Below, piece by piece: positions 1-7,028 of a stretch of 13,498 nt of DNA. Numbering within the stretch: the stretch's first letter is position 1; the number at the start of each line of letters is the position of its first letter. Below the pieces are notes generated by a model that had not been told where the DNA came from, made no database searches, and saw nothing but the letters and a program-made list of their open reading frames with translations. Location: positions 1 through 13,498 of the forward strand of contig JBNKUM010000060.1 in NCBI GenBank assembly GCA_050298595.1, read 5' to 3'. This DNA is from Gammaproteobacteria bacterium. Its GTDB lineage: Bacteria; Pseudomonadota; Gammaproteobacteria; GCA-001735895. The position numbers were made by a program, and so were the translations under genes.

Positions 1-192
1 TTTCTGTACCGCGATGAATGGGCCTGAAGCTAAATCAGTTGACTGACCCGCTAACAATTTACGATGACGATAAAAGGTTTTACTGGATAGTCCATTTGCC
101 AGACAAAATGCTGCCGCATTTAAATCACTACTGGCTTGTTGTTCGATCAGCTCCTGCCATTCTGATTTACTGCGATGCTTTCGTTTTCCCAT
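1..192 (-). CDS. tnpA: IS66 accessory protein TnpA (N-terminal 64 aa, runs off window)
   Basis: Not in the ORF track. Manual translation from ATG at 192: MGKRKHRSKSEWQELIEQQASSDLNAAAFCLANGLSSKTFYRHRKLLAGQSTDLASGPFIAVQK. The W..LI..Q..S.L....FC...GLS..TFY..RK.L pattern is the IS66 TnpA HTH-like signature. Confidence 0.85.
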   Translation of the reverse strand, partial: MGKRKHRSKSEWQELIEQQASSDLNAAAFCLANGLSSKTFYRHRKLLAGQSTDLASGPFIAVQK

Positions 193-270
193 CTCTGTTA
201 CCTTTTGAAAAAAGTAATAGTTTAGAGAAAGGTATTCAGATATTTTAGGTGCTTATCGCTGGACGCTTAC
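1..270 (-). mobile_element. IS66-family insertion sequence, left end (continues beyond window start)
   Basis: The - strand from 270 reads GTAAGCGTCCAGCGATAAGCACC, a typical IS66 terminal repeat start (GTAAGCG), followed about 80 bp later by an IS66 TnpA-like ORF. Confidence 0.85.
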
Positions 271-336
271 TGCATACGGACCGGTATGTACGCTGCTGTT
301 GGAGGGGGGGCTACTTGAGTAGCTTCCTATCCCGAA
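271..336 (+). mobile_element. 3' end (partial domain V plus domain VI) of a group IIC (attC-targeting type) intron, degenerate
   Basis: TGCATACGGACCGGTATGTACGCTGCTGTTGGAGG resembles the class C DV consensus (..CCGTATACGGACCCGTACGTACGGTGGTGTGGGAGG); 271-277 pairs with 284-290. DVI hairpin GGGGGCTAC-TTGA-GTAGCTTCC, candidate branch A at 329, terminus CCTATCCCGAA (canonical is ..CCCGAY). It abuts TATGTGC, the remnant of an attC R'' box. Confidence 0.8.
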
Positions 337-671
337 TATGTGCGCTTTGTAGTTTATTATGACTTTCTAAAAGCATGGGGACAAAAATTTACTATTGTAA
401 AAATAAAACTGATCTAGAAGTCGTAGATTAGTTTGGTCTTTCTTTTTCTAATTTGGCTCTTTTTTATTTTCAGGCTGTACTAAAAAAGTTAATGGGATTG
501 CAAAAGGTCCCAAGATAACAGCAATCACTCTCTGAACCATATTTGGCTTTACATTCCTGGATTGTGCAATGTAGTGACAAATAATCGAGCTAACCACCCA
601 AATTATTACTAGTACATAAGCAGCCATTTTATTTCTCCTTTAGTGGTTTCAGTATAGTTTTTAGCACATAA
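337..671 (-). mobile_element. Integron gene cassette 2 (its attC is interrupted by the intron)
   Basis: Begins G|TTATGTGC (672|671, - strand) and ends GCACATA (343-337, - strand), the exact complement of its own core site, cut where AC of R'' should follow. Contains one ORF. Confidence 0.8.
448..627 (-). CDS. Cassette-encoded 59-aa small membrane protein, function unknown
   Basis: Absent from the ORF track (whose shortest entries are 61 aa). MAAYVLVIIWVVSSIICHYIAQSRNVKPNMVQRVIAVILGPFAIPLTFLVQPENKKEPN*. Strong RBS AAGGAG 7 nt upstream (640-635), two hydrophobic segments, lies inside a cassette. Confidence 0.8.
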   Translation of the reverse strand: MAAYVLVIIWVVSSIICHYIAQSRNVKPNMVQRVIAVILGPFAIPLTFLVQPENKKEPN

Positions 672-752
672 CGTTTTGCCTCAAAGGCGAGCACTACAGC
701 TCTCACCAAAGCGGCACAACTCGTGCCACGAGTCTTTTGGGGGCCCTTAAGC
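666..752 (-). other. attC site (87 bp) of cassette 1, with defective R'' box
   Basis: R' GTTATGT (672-666). The bottom strand folds: 678-688 pairs with 732-744 with an extrahelical G (in the 739-743 G run) and an extrahelical T (733). Internal hairpin GGCAC-AACTC-GTGCC (713-727). R'' reads GCTTAAG instead of GCTTAAC. Confidence 0.85.
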
Positions 753-1071
753 ATTGTTTGCAACTAGCCCCATTAGCCAGGGAACAAATACTTTTTGAAG
801 ATAAACCAAACTTACTATGCCAATCCCAATGGCTATATACCTGAGCACATTAACCCGATAATTATATAAATATTGAGAAATAGGAGACGCTAAAAACAAC
901 CATAATAAGCCACCGCCAATAAGCCCTGATATCAAAGCTTGGGGTATTTCAAATGATCTATTCGATAACCAACCAGCAGTAATGGAAAGCAATACCATCC
1001 CCAACGAAGGTAAACGATTTTTTCTTCCTATTAATACTGATCTGATCATCTGGATCTTTCCGTATGCTTAA
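672..1071 (-). mobile_element. Integron gene cassette 1
   Basis: Starts G|TTAAGCA (1072|1071). The ORF stop lies within the complementary TGCTTAA (753-747), followed by attC: classic cassette architecture. Confidence 0.8.
747..1049 (-). CDS. Cassette-encoded 100-aa hypothetical membrane protein (about 3 hydrophobic segments)
   Basis: The ORF fills the cassette, ATG about 22 nt after the crossover point, TAA inside R''. Hydrophobic stretches LGMVLLSITAGWL, LISGLIGGGLLWLFLA, YIAIGIGIVSLVYL. Confidence 0.8.
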   Translation of the reverse strand: MIRSVLIGRKNRLPSLGMVLLSITAGWLSNRSFEIPQALISGLIGGGLLWLFLASPISQYLYNYRVNVLRYIAIGIGIVSLVYLQKVFVPWLMGLVANNA

Positions 1072-1117
1072 CAGCTTAAATATGTAAAAAATTGAGGTAT
1101 TTAAATACCTCAATTTT
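1066..1117 (-). other. Candidate attI-like/primary insertion site with adjacent perfect 30-bp palindrome
   Basis: Core GTTAAGC at 1072-1066 has no upstream R''/L partner able to fold as an attC. AAAATTGAGGTATTTAAATACCTCAATTTT (1088-1117) is a perfect palindrome 15 bp upstream. The attI identity is an inference. Confidence 0.5.
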
Positions 1118-1499
1118 CCGGATATGACTTTTGGAATAAAAATGATATTCCCGGGATAAAATTGAAGTTTTTTCCTTTAGTTCAACAGGTTGAAAACCTT
1201 TCATCCTTTTACCCTTAACTAACACCTCGGAATATTAACTCATTTTTCCATGACATTGGTAAATTAATTTGATTCTTCAGTGTTTGTTGGCTAAATACCT
1301 CAATGAAAACGTATTGAGAACTTTAGTCATGGAAGATAGAATAATGAATGGAGTCAGCCATAGAATAGAAATTAATGAAAGATGAAGGTATTCAGGTTTA
1401 AGCCAACAAAATCAGTTTGGGAAGTGCCTTCTTTTTTTTCAGGAAACTCATCGTAGTGTAAGTATTGTATCTATCATAATAAAAAATGAGATCATGCAT

Positions 1500-1844
1500 T
1501 TAGATTTGGAGTCTTTTTAATTGAGCCTCTAATTTTTCAATTCTTTCCAGTAGATTGAGCGCCAGCGCAACACCAGAAAGATTAATGTCGAGGTCATTTT
1601 GTAACCTGATTGCTGTACGTGCTCTTTGCAGACTAATCGTAGTAAATCGCCACTGTGTTATCTGGACGCTATGCCTTTCATAATCAGCAGGATCAAGATT
1701 AACAGGTTCAATGACACCTTCTTCAACCAGCTTTATGATCCATTCAGCAGAGCTTGAGCATGCAGTGCAAAGTTCATTCAAAGATAATTCAGTTTGATCA
1801 TCAAGCAAAACACCGTTGAGTATTTTATGTTCCATTCTTCTCAC
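1500..1844 (-). CDS. cbpM: Chaperone modulator CbpM (MerR-like HTH)
   Basis: LSLNELC...WIIKLVEEGVIEP...WRF...RARTAIRLQNDLDINLSGVALALNLLERIEKL matches CbpM. Directly downstream of cbpA (GTGA overlap; alternative ATG at 1835). Confidence 0.92.
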   Translation of the reverse strand: MRRMEHKILNGVLLDDQTELSLNELCTACSSSAEWIIKLVEEGVIEPVNLDPADYERHSVQITQWRFTTISLQRARTAIRLQNDLDINLSGVALALNLLERIEKLEAQLKRLQI

Positions 1845-2782
1845 ACCCCCATTGCACTGCGTGGATTATAAAAGAGTTTTTGTTTCATTTTATGGTACAG
1901 CTCTTTAGCCTCATCACTTTTAGCTGGCGGTAAAGTAATCTGGAGAATCACGTAAAGGTCACCTGGAGAAGAAGCAGGTATTCCACGAGCTTTTAACCGA
2001 AGTTTGCGTCCACTAGTACTGCCGGCTGCAATTTTTAAATCAACAGGACCATTGGGTGTTGGTACCTTTACAGTGGCACCTAAAGCTGCTTCCCAGGGCG
2101 TAACAGGCAAGTTCAGATATACATCATGCCCCTCTGCTCTATAGATATTATGAGGCTTGAATTCAATCACCAGATATAGGTCACCAGATGGGCCGCTTCC
2201 TAGTCCTGAGGATCCTTGACCGCTTAGCCGTATTCTCTGCCCTTGTTTAACACCTTTAGGAATTTTAACATTCAAGGTGCGCCGTTTATAAACGACATGC
2301 CCACTGCTATCCAGTTCGGGCGTTTGCAGAGAAATACTACGAGTAGCACCCCGATAGGCATCCTCAAGGTCGATGACTATCTTAGCATGGTGATCCTCTC
2401 CACGAGCGTAATATCCACTGTGCCGACTTCTTGCGCTAAAGCCGCGGCCAAATAAAGATTCAAAGAAATCACTATATTCGGCAGCATTTCCACCAGTAAA
2501 GCCGCCACCACTAAACTCAAAACCAGCATCCCAATCAGGTGGAGGATTAAAGTCCTGGCCGGCCTTCCAGTTTTTCCGTAGTTGATCATAGGCGGCACGT
2601 TTCTCTGGATCTTTTAGTGCTTCGTAGGCCTCACCAAGTTCTTTAAAGAGGTCTTCGGCATTTTTTTCATTACTGACATCTGGGTGATATTTGCGGGCAA
2701 GCTTTTTATAGGCTCGCTTAATCTCAGTCTGACTCGCATCATTATTTACACCAAGAATCTGATAATAATCTTTAAAGTCCAT
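1841..2782 (-). CDS. cbpA: Curved DNA-binding protein / DnaJ-class co-chaperone CbpA
   Basis: J domain (KDYYQILGV...KYHPDVS), G/F region, DnaJ C-terminal domain without zinc finger, paired with cbpM. Confidence 0.95.
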   Translation of the reverse strand: MDFKDYYQILGVNNDASQTEIKRAYKKLARKYHPDVSNEKNAEDLFKELGEAYEALKDPEKRAAYDQLRKNWKAGQDFNPPPDWDAGFEFSGGGFTGGNAAEYSDFFESLFGRGFSARSRHSGYYARGEDHHAKIVIDLEDAYRGATRSISLQTPELDSSGHVVYKRRTLNVKIPKGVKQGQRIRLSGQGSSGLGSGPSGDLYLVIEFKPHNIYRAEGHDVYLNLPVTPWEAALGATVKVPTPNGPVDLKIAAGSTSGRKLRLKARGIPASSPGDLYVILQITLPPAKSDEAKELYHKMKQKLFYNPRSAMGV

Positions 2783-3014
2783 GCATGGCTCCAGATATGA
2801 GCAGTTGATTAATGAAAATTATAGACCACAATTCATAACCTAAAGTATATGCAAATAACTAGAGAAGCGAACTTTATTTATAACATCCTACTTTCGAAAG
2901 TGTTCCTGAGTGCATACGAAGCCGCATTTGGCTCTAAATCCGAAAGTCATAGATTTTTCCGCTAAGCAACTTATCGTGGGCATATTGGGAGCAATCTGGT
3001 CAGTTTTGCGTCAT

Positions 3015-3053
3015 CTTTCTCAGTTATCTTCTACTTTCTCAGTTATCTTCTAC
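3015..3053. repeat. Perfect 19-bp tandem duplication
   Basis: CTTTCTCAGTTATCTTCTA at 3015-3033 and 3034-3052 (the match extends to C3053). Confidence 0.95.
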
Positions 3054-3244
3054 GTATCGTTGCAAGTGCCTTCTTTACCATCGATAGTTTTATCTCTTTA
3101 AGAGCAGTATTTAGGCTAGGTTTTTCAGTTATGATCACAATTTCTGCGAGGTTGGTCCAAATTTACTTCGGATTGTCTTCCCTATGACCGACGCTGGGTT
3201 CCGTTAACATCCAATATCCTCCTTTTTTTGAAATTATCATCAAT

Positions 3245-3371
3245 CGTCAATTTATTTTACAAAGTAAAATTATCGGATTCGATGAATATGTAAAGTATTT
3301 TTACATGTTCAACGTACTGCTTTTGTAAGTCATTGTAATTATATGATTTATTTTATTGGTCTGATTTATAC
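3245..3371 (+). promoter_or_regulatory. PEP-CTERM-type upstream region: two TGT-N11-ACA-like enhancer boxes and a degenerate sigma54 -24/-12 site
   Basis: TGTAAAGTATTTTTACA (3289-3305) and CGTCAATTTATTTTACA (3245-3261); AT-rich IHF-like TAAGTCATTG (3326-3335); TGGTCTGATTTATAC (3357-3371) is GG-N10-AC versus consensus GG-N10-GC. Confidence 0.65.
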
Positions 3372-3464
3372 GTTATATGTATATAGTAAAAAGACAGAGA
3401 AGTCTTCTGTTCTTGTCGTTTCTATCCATGTTGCTTCTACAAACCAACTTTGAGGTTAGGCACA

Positions 3465-4127
3465 ATGAAACAAAGACAAATATGGACCAAAATATTCAAA
3501 ACACTATCGCCGATGATGCTCTTATTCGTGGCTACTTTTGCAAACGCAAATTTAATTATTAATGGCGACTTTGAAAGCGGGGACCAGGACTTTATTACGG
3601 ACTATGTATTGGGAATCGGGGTTGCCGATCAACGTTACAACGTAACAACAGACCCTCATCTTCATCATAGCGGCGCTGCCTCTTATGGTGATCATACATC
3701 TGGTTCCGGGCTAATGATGGCGGTTAACGCAGCAACAGACGCTAATCAACTCGTTTGGGGGCAGAGTATCTCCCTTAACTCTAACACCGACTACGAGTTC
3801 TCAATTTGGGTTTCATCCTGGACATCGACTTATCCGGCAAACCTTATATTTGATATTGGAGGGATTTCACTTGGCTCCTTTATTGCGCCATCTACAACTG
3901 CTCTGTGGGATCAATACTCGATCTCCTTTAATTCAGGTGTGATATCAGGGCCTGCTCTCCTTAGCATTATTGATACCACACGGGCCTTCGGTGGTGATGA
4001 TTTCGCTCTCGACGATATCTCACTGATTGTGCTAACTACACCAAATGGGATTCCGGAACCCTCCACCCTCTTGCTATTGGGTATTGGTCTAATCGGTATC
4101 GGCTATAGAAGATTCAAGGTCGCATAA
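3465..4127 (+). CDS. PEP-CTERM sorting domain-containing surface protein
   Basis: Signal peptide ending ANA|NLIINGDFESG; C-terminal IPEPSTLLLLGIGLIGIGYRRFKVA (PEP + TM + basic cluster). ATG 3465 with GAGG RBS preferred over the track start at 3450. The NGDFE...FALDDISL frame suggests a CBM-like beta-sandwich. Confidence 0.93.
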   Translation: MKQRQIWTKIFKTLSPMMLLFVATFANANLIINGDFESGDQDFITDYVLGIGVADQRYNVTTDPHLHHSGAASYGDHTSGSGLMMAVNAATDANQLVWGQSISLNSNTDYEFSIWVSSWTSTYPANLIFDIGGISLGSFIAPSTTALWDQYSISFNSGVISGPALLSIIDTTRAFGGDDFALDDISLIVLTTPNGIPEPSTLLLLGIGLIGIGYRRFKVA

Positions 4128-4837
4128 CTTTACTATAGTCACACAAAATATACCCGTTTAGGTTTTTATCCACTGCAGGTTTTTTCTGCCTGGTGAAGAG
4201 GGTTCGTGGCCAAAAAATATAAGAAAATATATCACAAGGACGTGAACAACCTTTAGCAATTCCAGATGCTTATTATCCTGAAAAACGTAGTTGAGGGTAA
4301 ATAAAGATAAGTACCAGGAGTAGGTGCTTTAGGCAAAAAATAACTGAAATAACTGAGGGCAAAAAAACTGGAATTACCGGGTGTAGATACAAATTAAACA
4401 TCAATCTGGTATCACAGATTTCAGGATCATTTTGTTCTGAGAAGCCAGTCAGAGATAAAACAGCCAAAACAGAGAAACAAAACCCGAATTTGGGCTTAAT
4501 ACCCCTTTCTTTTAGCTAAAGCCGTAGCTGAATAGCTGAAGATTAAGGTACTTTCCAATAGCTGAGTGTCTATAATCTTGTATAGGTCGGTTATTTAGCT
4601 GTCACAATGATAAATCGGTCATGAAAATGACTTATGCATCACATTTTCACATATCCAAAAATAAGATGTATGGGCTAGTTGATATAGGTATATTTCTCTG
4701 GGTTGCTATTGCTCTAAAAGGGTACATACTCAAATTAGTTCAATACTGATCTTAACTGTATCAGTGGCTCAATAGATTGAGGTTTTTACGAAACCGATTT
4801 TTTTAATTATCCAATTTACGCATTCCGGAACTAGCCC

Positions 4838-5965
4838 ATGTTTTCTTTTAATAACACTAGCAGGGAGCTGATCGAGGAAAAGGAAAAATCTTCCAAACTT
4901 AACACTCGACTGGATGAGCTTGAAAAAGCACTGCAGAGTCGAGACTACGAAATTTCTCAGTTAACGGCAGAGACTGAAAAACTTAAGAATCAGCTCCTGC
5001 TCTCCATTGGCCTATTCGCACATTTTGAACATTTTGGCCAAAGTCTGAGTTCCTTACAGGGTACCTTACAGGACTTATCCGGCATGTTGCTCACTGAAAA
5101 ACAGACTGCTATTGATGCTGCTAACGAGTCGGTTTTAGCCAACGAAGGCACCGCACAACTGGTAGAAAATCTGGCTGTGGTCAAACAGACGGTTGCAGAA
5201 GCGGTTACCGATGTTGTGAATCTTAACGACCGGGTAAATGCGATTGATGATGTGGTTACGCTGATTAATGGCGTTTCTCAACAAACCAATTTACTTGCTT
5301 TGAATGCAGCCATTGAAGCAGCTCGTGCTGGTGAGCATGGGCGTGGGTTTGCAGTAGTGGCCGATGAAGTCAGAAGTCTGTCTGGCAGAACCAATTCGGC
5401 CACCGAGGAAATTTCTTCAGAGGTCAAAATGATTCAAACAGGTGCCGAAGAAACCACCATGAAAATGAATCAGATGTCAGAAGAATCTGAAAGGCTTGCA
5501 GAGATAGGGCATAAGGCGGGGGATAGCATCCTCAGGTTGCTGGAACTGTCCAGGAAAATGGAAGGGACCATCTCAGCCGGTGCATTACGTGGTTTTGTTG
5601 AATTAGCCAAGATTGATCATCTGGTGTTTAAATTTGATATTTATCAGATATTAATGGGGCATAGTCGTTCATCTGCTGCTAGCCTGTCTAATCACACCAA
5701 TTGCAGGCTTGGTAAATGGTATCTTGAAGGAGATGGTAGAGATTGTTTTTCTCACTTGCCTGGATACCGTGAAATGGATGAACCTCATAAAGATGTACAC
5801 CAGCATGGATTGTTGGCGGTTGAACAGTATAACCAGGGGGATTACACCACAGCTTTATCTCATGTCGAGTTGATGGAAACAGCTAGTATGGCTGTGCTGG
5901 AAAACCTTGAAAAGATGGCAAAAGCCGGTGAGACTGATAGTAATCTACTGTGTGCCAGTCATTAG
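4838..5965 (+). CDS. Soluble methyl-accepting chemotaxis protein with C-terminal CZB zinc-binding domain
   Basis: MCP signalling motif [33 protein letters not shown]; CZB ligands [19 protein letters not shown]; no transmembrane segment. Confidence 0.93.
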   Translation: MFSFNNTSRELIEEKEKSSKLNTRLDELEKALQSRDYEISQLTAETEKLKNQLLLSIGLFAHFEHFGQSLSSLQGTLQDLSGMLLTEKQTAIDAANESVLANEGTAQLVENLAVVKQTVAEAVTDVVNLNDRVNAIDDVVTLINGVSQQTNLLALNAAIEAARAGEHGRGFAVVADEVRSLSGRTNSATEEISSEVKMIQTGAEETTMKMNQMSEESERLAEIGHKAGDSILRLLELSRKMEGTISAGALRGFVELAKIDHLVFKFDIYQILMGHSRSSAASLSNHTNCRLGKWYLEGDGRDCFSHLPGYREMDEPHKDVHQHGLLAVEQYNQGDYTTALSHVELMETASMAVLENLEKMAKAGETDSNLLCASH

Positions 5966-6170
5966 TTGATTGAGATTTAATCGTTGCACTGTTGACCTTG
6001 ATAAGCGATACGAAAAGTTATCAACCCGGGTAGCTATTCTTTACACTATCTAGTGTGCAAATACTTGCGCAAATAGGGTGTTAATTTCAATTGGAAAGGG
6101 AAGCAGGGAAGCTGTCGTTTTAATACCTGTTTCAAAGAAAAGTCGCTACATAGTGATTAAGCATGGGTTT

Positions 6171-6655
6171 ATGAAACGAGGGCCCTTTGGGTCTATGGAT
6201 GACATTCGCGATATCGACAAAATATTCCGCACAAAAGATATGCTGTTAGAGCTTGATCTGGTGTTAAACCATAGCTCAGATGAATATGAATGGATTAAAA
6301 AAGCGCTAGATGGGGAAAAAGAGTATCAGGATATGTATTACCAGTACGATGACCGTAGTATTCCCGACCTGTTTGAGAAAACCTTGCCCGAAGTCTTTCC
6401 AACCACTGACCCTGGCAATTTCACTTACATTGAATCCCTCAATAAATGGGTGTTTAAAACCTTTAGTAACTTTCAGTGGGATTTGAATTACAGCAATCAT
6501 AAGATCTTTATAGAAATGACCAAGATTCTGTTTCACCTGACCAATCAGGGGGGGGGTGATATCCTGCGTCTGGATGCTGTCGCTTTTATGTGGAAGCGAC
6601 TGGGTACCAATTGCTAAAACCTTGAAGTGGCTCATGTACTGTCACAGATGTTCAA
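6171..6655 (+). pseudogene. Internal fragment of an amylosucrase-like GH13 enzyme
   Basis: LDLVLNHSSDEYEW, TLPEVFP..PGNFT, FQWDLNYSN, LRLDAVAFMWKRLGTNC are amylosucrase-type motifs. N-terminus absent; in-frame TAA at 6615-6617 with similarity continuing (NLEVAHVL), then cut off by the MITE at 6656. Confidence 0.85.
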
Positions 6656-7003
6656 CCTGGATTCCGCAGTTGACCGCTCGCATAAGAGTGTAACCCAGTG
6701 TTTCATAGATAATTTAAATTGATGTGTCTTTTCATGCTCCTATGCATCGGCTCTGGCATTCTCGGCTCAGGCATCCTGCTTCGCCCTAGCTCCTCCCTCC
6801 CTGGAGTCGTGCTTCGCTCTATCACCTAAATCCCTTTAGGTGTCCATGCATTCTTGAAATAACAGCATCCATGCTGAAAACACCAATCGGTGTATCCTGC
6901 TACGAACTGAATTGCACGTTTGAGGCGGCGTATTTCTGTGTCGTCACGCCTTGATCTATACCACCACAAACGCACTTCAACTCGTCCAACTGCGGATTCC
7001 AGG
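6656..7003. mobile_element. 348-bp MITE-like non-autonomous element
   Basis: Terminal inverted repeats CCTGGATTCCGCAGTTG (6656-6672) and CAACTGCGGATTCCAGG (6987-7003), 16/17 match; no ORF in the track; several internal hairpins. Confidence 0.75.
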
Positions 7004-7028
7004 ATGATATCGGGAGTAGGAGTAGAGT

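Noticed and set aside
18-248. 76-aa + strand ORF from the track
   Set aside because: Antisense shadow of IS66 tnpA; no reverse transcriptase/maturase motifs, so it is not the intron-encoded protein.
1120-1499. Possible intI remnant, Pc promoter or LexA box
   Set aside because: No tyrosine recombinase-like translation, no convincing -35/-10 pair and no CTGT-N8-ACAG seen.
2243-2598. Short ORFs overlapping cbpA
   Set aside because: Alternative-frame or antisense shadows of a well-supported gene.
2844-2871. Possible sigma70 promoter for cbpA (TTCGCT-N16-TATACT, - strand)
   Set aside because: Good -10 but weak -35 in AT-rich DNA; not enough support to call.
2910-3101. 63-aa + strand ORF
   Set aside because: GTG start without a clear RBS; it spans the 19-bp duplication and has no recognisable motif.
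3163-3223. Strong RBS AAGGAGG followed by a 15-codon ORF (MLTEPSVGHREDNPK) on the - strand
   Set aside because: Too short to support without conservation or ribosome-profiling data; may be a gene remnant.
3377-3562. 61-aa ORF overlapping the PEP-CTERM gene start
   Set aside because: Overlaps the real gene in another frame, with no RBS or motif.
4273-4467. 64-aa hydrophobic - strand ORF
   Set aside because: TTG start and no RBS; hydrophobicity is expected from T-rich DNA; no flanking attC.
4770-4800. Possible sigma28 promoter for the chemoreceptor (ACCGATTT)
   Set aside because: No TAAA-type -35 at the right spacing.
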